64,000 nt of DNA from Blepharisma stoltei ATCC 30299. Taxonomy: Eukaryota; Protista; Ciliophora. The stretch spans positions 1,302,001 through 1,366,000 of the forward strand of contig CBFDEM010000053.1 of assembly GCA_965603825.1 (NCBI GenBank). The letters are read 5' to 3'. This document shows, piece by piece, positions 36,252 through 47,317 of the stretch. Every line of letters starts with the position of its first letter. The stretch's first letter is position 1. The position numbers and the translations under genes were made by a program. The notes beneath the pieces are model-generated. The model was not told the origin of the DNA. It did not search any database and saw only the letters and a program-made list of their open reading frames with translations.

Positions 36252-36351
36252 GTTTTTTATAGGAATTTTCACCAAGAATGGTAAAAAATTCTATATATAA
36301 CTTAAAGGAAGATAAAAATCATAAGTTTTACTAAAAGATTAATCTATTATT

Positions 36352-37419
36352 TTAATCTGTTCGAATATCATATGCTTGATTATATTCAAATCTCACTTGC
36401 TCGAATACCTGAGGCTGCCAGCCTGGAGGAGGTTCAACATATCTTGGAGGTGGTGCATACATGGCATATATCACCATAGGCATTTCTAATGAAGGATTAT
36501 CCCCTCCACAGAGGCAGCACCCGTCAAGAATCGCATGAGAATCAAGGGAATACATGCATTCAATGATTGAGCCTCTTGTTGAATAATTATTGTCAATTAA
36601 ATGGCGTACTGTAGGCAAGTCCAGATTTAAAAATATTCCATGGGAGTCAGACAGTTTTTCTCCCACTGCAAGTCCTCTCGCTCTGCTCTCAATAATCTTT
36701 TCTTTGACAAAGTGAGTGGAAGATCTAGCCTTAAGCCTAATACTTCTTCATAAAGTGCAGGCTAAATGCTCTATATTAAGTTTCCCATTTGTATTGTCTG
36801 CTTCAATTATAGCACTTGCAACTTGATCAGGAGTATATGCGTCTTGGCTGAACTTTGATCTAATAAAGCATGTTCCTTTATCACAGCAGCAACAGCAAAC
36901 AATGTGGCTGTTTTTTTCTAATAGGATGTTAGTAGTAAAAGCTTGGATTTTTTCGTAAATGAAAATTTCTGCTTTATCTTTAAGTTTTTTGCCGTCTTGT
37001 AACATAAATCTCGATTTGATTTTATACTCAATGCTTGCACGAGTGCTTCCTTTGTGATATGAAAAAGAGCCTGGCAGCGTATCAGGCAGCCTAAAGCTAA
37101 ACGGAAGGGTGAAGCATCCTTGGGGAATATATGTATTTCATTGGTAAATGGGGAATTTGAAGTTGATGACCTTGTGCTTGCCGTCAAAGTATTCGGTGTA
37201 AGACTCACTTCTTGTGCCGCCTTTACCATCTGAAACACTTCTTGAACGACTTTCTTCCCAATGTGTTTTCTCAATTCCTTTTAGTTGAAGAATAAGAGTG
37301 CATGGAGGCAAAGGCTCTTGAAGCATGACATTTATTGCTCCGATCACTTCTGAGCCTGGCTGAAGGCACCTATTTTCAATCTGTATATGCATTCCTCCTC
37401 TAACACTGGTGTTTCCCAT
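36352..37419 (-). CDS. Arrestin-domain protein, copy C (intact, about 355 aa)
   Basis: One frame via two TGA codons; same arrestin N and C motifs; HIVCCCCCDKG cysteine cluster. Confidence 0.88.
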
Positions 37420-37599
37420 TTTCTTTTTATAAACTGCTTTATGATAGGAATTAATAGGAACCTATTTTTGGAAATTTGTAACAATTATTAAGAAAAAATA
37501 ATATTTAATTTTTTATTGTAATTATTGATTAACATGAAAAATTTATAGTTATGATTAGAAAACCTTATTTTTGTTCCAAAGTTTCCTTATATGCATTCA

Positions 37600-37853
37600 T
37601 CGATTTACCATTCATTGAATAAATCCGATCAAATCTATTTCGGGCTAAAGACAAATCAAGTTAAAATAATTTGTAGAAGATCCAGGTCCCTTCGTTGCAC
37701 TTTCAATAACAAAACGCTTGCAGAAATAGACTCTTCCTATTATACTCGAAGTTTAAAGGTCCTACACACAATAAAGTTTAATCTCTTTATATTAATTTTC
37801 CCATAGGTATTATCAGCTTCAACAAGAGCATTAAGAACTTGATCGGGGTGCAT
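37600..37853 (-). pseudogene. Degenerate arrestin fragment, copy D
   Basis: Minus strand reads HPDQVLNALVEADNTYGKINIKRLNFIVCRTFKLRV**, matching YTPDQVASAIIEADNTYGNLKI..LWRTVRLRV of copy A. Left boundary approximate. Confidence 0.7.
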
Positions 37854-38886
37854 GAATTCTTAATTAAAAAGCTAAGTCTATTATTTCGAAATGCAATTTC
37901 CAATAAATAAATTTCTTTCATTATTAAATGAATTAATAATGAATTTCTGGGAATTTTTAATTGGCTGGTATTAATATATAATTTTATTTATTTATAGTTA
38001 TTCATTAAGGTACATAATCTTAAATGAAAAATAATTCCGGATCAAGATGAAAAATGAACAATTCAAAATCGATAATTTAAGATATAATAGTTTTCCATTA
38101 TAAATCATGATACTTGAAGTGGATATTATGAATTTTTATAATATAAGTATTATTTCTTTTAGCTCTCAAATAATCCTATAGGCTGGCTCAATAGCTAAAT
38201 TCTATACTCTGAGTGTTATTTAATTTCAGCTTATCTTACGAATATTATGCTTTTCTGAGGTAGAAAAATGGTAAACTTTTATCTAGTTAAAAATTGCCTT
38301 CAGAAATAGGAGCAAAGCCAATAATATAGTGTCCTAATAAGTTTCCATAATTTTAAGCCCTTTTAGCCATTACCTACTGTGACTTACACTAAGGAATACA
38401 ATTAGCAAGCATAATTGGACATTAGAGATATGGATTAAGTATTTGCCAAATTGATAATTGATCTCAAGTAAAAGCTAAATATTTATTTGTTCATTAGCAT
38501 GCATTACCCATAATAAAGAGATTACAATGCTTATGCAAGAGGGTGCCTATATATCGCTATTATTCCTTATATGAATTACATTCCGTTTATGCACTATTAT
38601 CGAAAGTAAATATTTCATCGTATATTTTTATTTTTCAAAGTGCTATCGGCAAACAATTCTATTAAACTTCAGCAGAATAATGTTTCCTTTGATCAAAATT
38701 TTCTTTGTTAAAAAAGTTTACTGACTGAAACTTTGTCGCCTTAAAGAAATTAAAAATTTTAAATTCGAAGTCAATTAATGATTTGCGGTTTTAATTACTT
38801 TCGTTGTCAGAATTGACAGAAACTATTAAATTATTTTGATGTTTATAAGAGCACCTCCACTTATTAATAAAGAGTTTATTTTTAAA

Positions 38887-41625
38887 ATGGCCAGATTTTT
38901 TTATATTTTACTGGTGATGGCAATTCTGAACGAAGCTTCTAAGAAAGAACTACTGAAAACTTCAGAAGACTCAGGCTTTTGCGTTCGGAATCGCTATCTT
39001 ACCAGGAATAGAGCCCAAATCAAAAACTCTGGCCTTCGTTTTGATATGGACTATGAGGTTGACTCAACCAGTATCCAGAAAATCCCTGGAGGTATTTCAT
39101 TTCTCGTGAAAAGCATCTTTGAGGACGTTCCATTCCTCAAAGGGAGCATCGTGCTTTTAACTTCGGGCTCCCTTCATGTCAACTTTGACGAAATCCATCC
39201 TCTTTTCCCTCGATTCAGATCCCCTTACGATGATATTCTAAACAGTGAATCTCTCCACGAGGTACCAGATGACTCAGTAAAGGTAAAACCCAACCAAGTC
39301 ATATGGACTTATGGTAAGCAAAAATACGAGCTTAATTTTTCTCCTATAACAATTCAAGGCTACTATGATGAAACCTTGACCTTAAAAGTAAACAGCCATT
39401 CTATGATGAACTTTGATAGATACAGAAGCAGAGATGCTGACTTAAAGCCTGCTTCTCAAGTTAAGGACACTTCAAGTCCTATAAAGATCTTAGATTCAGC
39501 TGGCGTTTACTTAGAAAAAGGAGGGGAGTTAGCTTATTTTGATGACCTGTGGAGTGAAACTTTCATCGACTTCGTTGACAATAAGAAAAGAGGCCCAAGC
39601 AGTGTGGCGATGGACTTTGCCTTTGTTGACGCTACTGATGTGTATGGACTTCCTGAGCATGCAGATCATATATCTTTGAAGGATACAGTTGATGATGAAC
39701 CTTACAGAATTTATAATATCGACTATACAGAGCATGCTGTTGACACCAGACAGTCACTTTATGGGAACATTCCTTTCATGCTAAGCAGATCTTCTAAAAA
39801 AATAGCAGGAGGAGTCTTTTGGTTCAACCCTTCTGAGACTTATGTCGATATTTCTACTTCAAATAAAGAAAAATTAACTCATTGGATTTCTGAGTCAGGA
39901 GTAATTGATTTCTTCCTAATTGTCAGTGAAACTCCTATGAATGTTGTTGAAACTTACACAATGCTGACTGGACCTCCACAGCTGCCACCTCAGTTTGCAT
40001 TAGGCTATCACCAATGTAGGTGGAATTATATCAGTCAAGAAGATTTATTGGACGTTTCAAGTGGCTTCGAAACCAATAATCTCCCCATGGATGTGATATG
40101 GCTTGACATTGAGTACACTCCTGAAAGGCAATATTTCATGTGGGATCATAACACCTTCCCTGACCCTATAGGCATGCAGAATACACTTGACACACAAAAC
40201 AGAAAACTTGTCACTATTATTGACCCACATATAAAAAGAAGTGATAAATATTCTGTCCATTGTGAAGCTGAAGACCTTGATCTCTATGTGAAAAATGAGG
40301 ATGGGGAAGATTTCGTAGGATTGTGCTGGCCTGGCAGATCATCATGGCTTGATTTTACTAAAAAAGATGCACAAGAATATTGGGCAGAGCACTACAGTTT
40401 AGAACGATTCCCAGGATCTACAAATAACACTTATATTTGGAACGATATGAACGAGCCTTCTGTTTTTACAGGTCCAGAAGGGACTATGCCCAAGACAAGC
40501 TTGCATGGTGATGTAGAACATCGAGATGTCCATAACCTTTATGGCCTGCTAATGATGATGTCTACACACAGGGGCCTTTTGGAAAGGTCAGGCAATACAG
40601 AACGGCCATTTGTGCTCACTCGTTCCTTCTTTGCAGGAGTCCAGAAGTATGGAGCCATTTGGACTGGTGATAATACTGCTAAATGGGAGTACTTAGAATA
40701 CTCAATTCCAATGTGTCTTAGCGTTGCCTTAGGAGGAGTCAGTATGTGTGGAGCAGACATTGGAGGGTTTTTTGGAGACCCAGAGCCTGAACTCTTGGTG
40801 AGATGGTATCAATTAGCAGCTTTTCTCCCATTTTTCAGAGGACATTCAAGCATTGAATCCAAAAGAAGAGAACCATGGCTGAGCGGTGAGCCTTATCTTA
40901 GCCAAATCAGACAATCCTTAAGGCTTAGATATGCTATGCTTCCTTACTGGTATACTCTTTTCTTCCAATACCACAGAAATGGGACTCCAGTAATTCGTCC
41001 TATGTTTTTAGAATTCCCAATGGACAAGAAGACTGCTAAAATTGATAATCAATTTTTGTTAGGACCTTCTATTATGGTAGCAGCTGTCATACAAGCAGGC
41101 CAAGAGAAAGTCGAAATTTACTTGCCTGAAGGAAAATGGTACGACTATCATACATATTCCCAAGTTGACTATGGAGAAATCTACTATGAAGTCCAGGAGA
41201 ACTGGGTTCCTGCTTTCCTTAGAGGTGGGCATATAGTTCCTAGGCAAGATAGAGAAAGAAATAGTAGCGTGCTTAAATATTTGGATCCTTTTACCTTAAT
41301 TGTAGCACTTGATGAAAATGAAGAAGCAGCTGGAAACTTGTATATTGATGACACCAAAACACATAACTACCAATCAGGTGAATTTTTGTATGCTGAAATG
41401 AAGTTCAAGGACCAGAAGCTGAAATACGAAGTTGCAAACGCAATGGAGTTAGAAAATCAGATTGAAAAAATAGTTATCGTTGGCATGCAGAAAACACCTC
41501 AGCATGTATTAATTGAAAATAAGCATGGTGCAACAGCTGCTGAATTTAGTATGAAAGAAAATGCTGTAGTTATCAAACTCTCAGAAGTCCAAGTAAATGA
41601 GCATTGGGTTCTAACTATTAATTAA
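38887..41625 (+). CDS. GH31 alpha-glucosidase (glucosidase II alpha subunit-like), about 912 aa
   Basis: Signal peptide, YGLPEHA, GYHQCRWNY, IWLDIE, catalytic WNDMNEPSVF, WTGDN, GADIGGF and FFRGH. Confidence 0.95.
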   Translation: MARFFYILLVMAILNEASKKELLKTSEDSGFCVRNRYLTRNRAQIKNSGLRFDMDYEVDSTSIQKIPGGISFLVKSIFEDVPFLKGSIVLLTSGSLHVNFDEIHPLFPRFRSPYDDILNSESLHEVPDDSVKVKPNQVIWTYGKQKYELNFSPITIQGYYDETLTLKVNSHSMMNFDRYRSRDADLKPASQVKDTSSPIKILDSAGVYLEKGGELAYFDDLWSETFIDFVDNKKRGPSSVAMDFAFVDATDVYGLPEHADHISLKDTVDDEPYRIYNIDYTEHAVDTRQSLYGNIPFMLSRSSKKIAGGVFWFNPSETYVDISTSNKEKLTHWISESGVIDFFLIVSETPMNVVETYTMLTGPPQLPPQFALGYHQCRWNYISQEDLLDVSSGFETNNLPMDVIWLDIEYTPERQYFMWDHNTFPDPIGMQNTLDTQNRKLVTIIDPHIKRSDKYSVHCEAEDLDLYVKNEDGEDFVGLCWPGRSSWLDFTKKDAQEYWAEHYSLERFPGSTNNTYIWNDMNEPSVFTGPEGTMPKTSLHGDVEHRDVHNLYGLLMMMSTHRGLLERSGNTERPFVLTRSFFAGVQKYGAIWTGDNTAKWEYLEYSIPMCLSVALGGVSMCGADIGGFFGDPEPELLVRWYQLAAFLPFFRGHSSIESKRREPWLSGEPYLSQIRQSLRLRYAMLPYWYTLFFQYHRNGTPVIRPMFLEFPMDKKTAKIDNQFLLGPSIMVAAVIQAGQEKVEIYLPEGKWYDYHTYSQVDYGEIYYEVQENWVPAFLRGGHIVPRQDRERNSSVLKYLDPFTLIVALDENEEAAGNLYIDDTKTHNYQSGEFLYAEMKFKDQKLKYEVANAMELENQIEKIVIVGMQKTPQHVLIENKHGATAAEFSMKENAVVIKLSEVQVNEHWVLTIN

Positions 41626-41745
41626 TATCGCATTCGCATAGATAAGTTTAAGATATATCCCTTTTAGCATTTAGGGTTTAGCTGTTGAGAGAATAATTAT
41701 TAGAAAAGTTAATATTTTATTCATAATAGTAGCTTGAATTTATGA

Positions 41746-42753
41746 TTAAAGGCTATAAAAATTGGAAGGATCATTCTGGATAGATTCAGCTGGGAATAAA
41801 TAAATCAGAATTTCTATTGATGGCTTTTCACCTAAGCATGTGCATCATCCATTCATATCAGCATGATACTCTATTATATAAGAGCACTCAATCATTGCGC
41901 TTTTTGTTGAATAAATCATACCAGTTTTGTGTTTGATCGATGAGAGATTCAAGTCCATAATGATACCATAGGGCCCAGCTAAAGATTTTCCAAAATCCAG
42001 GCCACCTTCTCTTGTTTCAGTAATTCTTTGCTTAATAAAAGTACTTGACTTGCCTGCTTTTAGCCTAAGAACTCTTCATAAAGTACAAACTAAGCTTGAT
42101 ATATCGATTTTACTCTGAGAATTGTCAGCTCCTACTACGGTGCTGACTATTTCATCTGGATTATATATTTTTTTATCTATTTTCAAGTTCAGAGTGCATT
42201 TTCCTTGGCTTATACAGCATCACTTTTTTAAGCCGAAAGATTTATTGATTTCTTGTTTTTTCTTACAAATTTCAGCTTTTTCATTTATATACATTTCTGT
42301 TTTGTCAAATAATTTTCTTCCATTTGTTATAATTAACTTTGATTTAATTGTGTATTCTATCTTTGCCCAGGTAGTTTCTTTTCTGTATTTGAATGACCCT
42401 GGAAGATTATCTGGCAGTTTGAAGATAAAAGGAATATTGTAATCCCCAGCAGACAAGGACGATTTCCATTCATATAAAAGGTGCTTAATGCTAGCGATAG
42501 TTTTTTTATCATGATAGTTTTGAATATATTCTTCTTCTGGATCTGATTCTGGATCAACAGTGTGGCTTGCAGAAGATTCTTCCCAATAAGTCTCTTCAAT
42601 CCCTTTAAAACTGAGAAAAAGAGAGCATCGAGGAAGCGTATCATGAAGATAAAAGTGAACGCTGCCAGTAACATCTCCTCCACTATTACAATCCATCTTT
42701 TCAAGCTCGATATGCATTGAACCTTTTATTGCTCTTGCTTGAGAACTCCCCAT
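41746..42753 (-). CDS. Arrestin-domain protein, copy E (more divergent, about 335 aa)
   Basis: FKGIEETYW, GDYNIPFIFKLPDNLPGSF and AKIEY; continues through TGA codons to TAA 41746. Confidence 0.85.
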
Positions 42754-43603
42754 ATTTGCATAAAGTTAACGTAAAGGTTTTATCGCTTACTAATAAATTT
42801 TACCAATTAATATGTTGAATGCTAAAGCAAAGTCTTATTATTCCATTTAATTTCACAACTTAGTAATTATACCTATAAAACTTTATATTAGACCTATATA
42901 TTACTCCAAAATAAATGGAATGATTTATTATTATTCGCATTGTGTATTGAGAAAAATTATCACTTAATCTCATTATTTAGATGCTCTATAATTTGTGTGA
43001 GGACTATATCAGATTTTAAGTTTTAAGAGACTTCACTTGAAATAATTAAATTACTTAAAAGCAAGCTTGCTATAGTTTTCATCTATAAGGCATGAGAATT
43101 GCTATCTATCTTGATTATACGTATTAAATTTCGCTATAAAATCATTTAATAGCTATTCGTTATTGGTCAAATAAGAAATCTGGCGATTTTGTTTGCTACT
43201 CCATAAATAGCATACAAGCAACTATAGGCCAACATCATAAAGAATTCAATTTCACCATCATTGATTTGAATAACCATAGTAGAAATGGTATTTATGACTC
43301 TATAATTACTCAATTTCGACCAAGCTGAGCTTGCATTTACTAAGCAATAAGGTATAAGCTAGACTTAATTTTCTTAGTTTATTTTAGCGATTATATAATA
43401 TACTGAGAAGAAAAATTCTGAGATATAATATATCATATGAAATAATTCTTATCAAATACTCAGGTAATTGCAATATCATACTTTTATTTCTGCAAATTTT
43501 AATTATAAATAACGATTAATACTTGGCACGCCATTTATAAATGAGTGGATCATAAAATATCAAAATTCTGATACATTTTTATTGTAAAATCCAATATCTT
43601 TCT

Positions 43604-44074
43604 ATGAAGCTTCCAATGCCAAAAGATATTTTGTTATCTACTCAATCAATCACAGAACTTACATGCAACATTTGCAATTTATCATTCATTTCTCCTTGTG
43701 ATTTTAAACTTCACAAGCTTGGGACCTTAGAGCAAGTCTCAAGTAAAGCCAAAGTTGAAGAAACTGAACCAATTCCTTTGTTGTCTCATCGACATAAATT
43801 TGAATGTGATAAATGCTTAAAGATTTTTTCTTCAGAAAAAGGACTACACCAACATGAAGGGAAAATTCACAATTTTAGTAAGAGGTCATTCAAATGCCCT
43901 ATTTGTGACAAGAAATTTAGAGACAATTCAGCCCTGAAATTTCATACTAGGCAAGTGCACGAAAAGAGCACCCGAGTTAGCTGCAATGAATGTAAACAAA
44001 CGTTTTACAGCAAATACGTTCTTGAGAAGCATTCTCAAAGATGTCCGGCCCAAGAAATTGAAATTAGCAGTTAA
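43604..44074 (+). CDS. C2H2 zinc-finger protein
   Basis: CDKC..HEGKIH, CPIC..HTRQVH, CNEC..HSQRC and a degenerate first finger. Confidence 0.88.
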   Translation: MKLPMPKDILLSTQSITELTCNICNLSFISPCDFKLHKLGTLEQVSSKAKVEETEPIPLLSHRHKFECDKCLKIFSSEKGLHQHEGKIHNFSKRSFKCPICDKKFRDNSALKFHTRQVHEKSTRVSCNECKQTFYSKYVLEKHSQRCPAQEIEISS

Positions 44075-44597
44075 GACTGGATATAACTAATTTAATAAGT
44101 TTAAAGTAATAAATAGGATTAAACTTTCTCAAACTTTTACTCTTAAATTTTAAGGTTAAAATAAAAATTACTATAATAGATAAATTGAGATTAATAGTTA
44201 TTTGTAGTATAGCAAGCAGCTTTCAAATTAAATGCAATTATGGAGCTCTCTTTAGGTTTGAGTTATTATTTTACTTCGCTCATATATTAAAATAATTTCT
44301 CCTGCATCCCCTATCGCCAGTTGTAGAGGTAAAAAGCTCTCTTTAATCTTTAAATTGGCTTTTTTGATATAAAATGAGTACTTTCTTATGAACTTATAAT
44401 TTCATTTTATCCAAGCTCCTCATTAAGAGATGCTAAGCAATGAACTTGAAGCAAAATGAGATGGTAAATTAAATGAACTGATCATTATGCTTTTGTATCT
44501 GCTCCAAGCTACTTCTCCTTTAATCCAGCTGATTCATATTGAGTTTCACAAACTAATGTATTTATTTTATATATAAAGTTGGCTTAAAAGTTGATTT

Positions 44598-45878
44598 CTA
44601 TGTATTATTTAAATCAATCTTGTATACTTCCGTCAATGATGATGCTAAGACGTTAAATTGAAAGACACAAAGGTCAGAAAATCTTAAAATGCAAATATTT
44701 TTATCTTGAATAACTGGCGGTGATTGGCTTCACCAATTTAGTTTATCTTCAATAGATACCAAGGAGCCTGCTGTGTCGTCATCTCCTATCAAGCAAATTT
44801 TTTTGCTTTGAAAAATGATGATCCCTTTTTCAGTTGAAGCGAGTGTGCAGCCTTGATCACTAAGAGGAAATTCCAATTTTATATTTTCAACATAAAAATT
44901 TTCAAGACTGATCTTTTCAATGCTGAACTCCTTATTTCCACCAGCTACATAAATATTGCTCTTATGATAGCATAAACCAGGAAATTTTCTTGATAAATGC
45001 AGATCCCCTAGCATTTCTCAACTTTTAGATTTTATGTCATATCGCTCAAACGCAGTAATCTCTCCTATTCCTATTCCTCCGAAAACATATATAAAATTAT
45101 CAATAAATAAGCCTGAGTGATAATATCTTGCCGTGATCAGGTCAGCTTGATTGATAAATTCACGTGTTTTTAGATTGACTTCATAAACTGTTTTCACAGC
45201 TTGGCCAAGAATTGAAGATCCTCCAGTGACAAGGACTGACCCTGGAAATCCTACAATTGCTGAAAAAGCTTTGCTTTTCAAGCCCTGAATTGTAAAGGTT
45301 TCTAGACTTTGTTTAGAAACATCATAAATTCTCAATTTATCTTGCCTAATATGATATAACTTTGTAGGGCCTATATTCGGCCCTTCGTACTTTACCTCAA
45401 GTAAAACATCCAAGCTATTTTCGAACTCTGGCAGCTTCATTTCTACATTTACAAAACTCTGCCCACTTTTCATGAACTTGCTGAACTCTTTTAGCTCAAT
45501 TTGATCAATTTTTTGTATTATAGAATTCAGCTTTTCCAGTGTTTCTTGCTTTTTCCCTTCAATTTTCATCAGAATTTCCTTCAGCTTGGATTGAAGGTGC
45601 TCTATCTTTGCCATGATTTCTAGTTTAAATTTGTCTGTTGTTTCTGTGATTTTTTTAATTTCTTCTTCTACTTTGGAAATAATTAGTTGCTTTTTTTGGC
45701 TATTATTTGGGTCTTCAGAATTAGTAATATCAGGCTTATCTTCAATTATAATTTTTCTGCTAAAATGTGGGATTTGGGTTAAAGCTGATTTGTGGTTTTC
45801 GAAGCATTCTTCGCAACATATAATCCCTGAGCAGTAGCATTTAATTACAGCACCCTTTGGACAGATACAGCAATTCAT
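44598..45878 (-). CDS. Cys-rich (B-box-like) zinc finger, coiled coil and Kelch-repeat protein (about 426 aa)
   Basis: CCIC..CYC..CCEEC..H N-terminus; Kelch motifs VLVTGG, RYYHS..IYVFGG, ERYD...W(TGA) and IYVAGG; ends at TAG 44598. Confidence 0.85.
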
Positions 45879-45916
45879 ATTTTTATAAGAAAATACTATA
45901 AATTAATTATTTCAGA

Positions 45917-47299
45917 TTACATCACCTCACAAAACTCACAGGCTGTGCCATTGTTCTCTCTTTCAAAGTTCATGAAATTAGTCCTCAGCCTCTTTATGCT
46001 CCCTGATTCTTCTTTTAATTTCGCGAGAATTCTTTGTCGGTGTCCTAATTTCTCGATTCCTATTTCATGCTCTAGCACATATTCAGTGATAGGATAGTTG
46101 GAATTCATTAGTAGCAAAATTTGTTCGAAATTGTCAAACCCTGAATTGTAGAAGTCTCGATAGTGCTCAGACATGCCAAGTGACTCAAGCCATTCTTGGA
46201 GAGTAGGGAGTAAGTGAACTCCAGGCGCTGAAATAGGGTTTATGCATCATGCATTTGTAGTTTTTTCGTGGGCTGAAGAAGGGGTTTGCTTTTTCATACT
46301 GTCTTCTTCTAGTAAAGCTAGTAGACGATAACGGTATCCTGGCTTCGAGATGCCGATTGTAGTCAGGATATCTACTGTTAAAGGCATTTCTGACTGCATT
46401 TGGTCAAGCAAAATTTCAAGATCATCAAAACCATTTTTTACCAAAAACTCAAAAGTTTGTTCCAGTTTTTTTGAGCAAAGCCATTGGAATAGTGAATTTT
46501 TTGACAAATCAATTCCAAAAGAAAACGTTCGATATGTATTTGTGCTGGGTCGCTTTGCTATTGTTTTTTCACATTCAGGCTCAAGCATAGATTCTTTGAT
46601 GCTTAGATCTTCACTTCCTGAATCTTCACTATCACTTCCTACGTGCTCTGTTTCTTGGTCAACAAAATTACTAAAACTGATGTTCTCTTTGTCATCTTTT
46701 CTATTCGGGGTATGAGGGCTGAGATCAAAAATTGGTTCTGATAAAATCTTTTTCATTTCTTCAGAAGTGGCAAGCTCAATTGCGTTTTTCCCTCCTCTGT
46801 CTTTTAGAAGAGCTGATGCATCGCTATTTATCAAGATTTCTGCTACTTGAATGTGCCCTTTTTCAGAGGCATAATGGAGAGGGGTTTTCCCAAATACAAA
46901 ATTTGGGATATTTGGGTTTGCTTCGTGCTTAATTAGAAGCTTTGTCATATTGATGTGACCTTTGAATGAAGCAAGATGCAAAGGAGTGTCACCGTCGTTT
47001 TGCTGTATGTTTGGGTCAGCTTTATATTCTAAAAGAAGCTTGACAATTTCTAACAAATTATTGTCAGCAGCTTGGTGAAGTGGGGTTTCGCCAAGTCGGT
47101 TTTGAATATTTGGCTTTGCTCCTCGTTTTAAAAGGAACTCAGTTGCTTCGAGATGTCCACAGATAACTGCACGATATAGAGGCGCCCAGCCGAGTTTGCT
47201 GTCTAACTCATTGAGCCCTTCTGGGTATTTGTCAAGCGCTTCTGAAAGAGATGGGATATCGCCAAGTCTGCAAGCTTTTTGAATTTCATCTGAATTCAT
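45917..47299 (-). CDS. Ankyrin-repeat protein with two C-terminal SAM domains (about 460 aa)
   Basis: Repeated G.TPLH ankyrin motifs; SAM-like WL...LEQ..F..NGFDDL..IGISKPGYRYRLL and WLESLGM..F..SGFD..IGIEKLGHRQRIL; one TGA. Confidence 0.9.
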
Positions 47300-47317
47300 T
47301 TAATTTATTTAATTCAT

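Noticed and set aside
44430-44576. A 48-codon plus-strand ORF under TGA=Trp
   Set aside because: No motif and an AT-rich tail; expected by chance.
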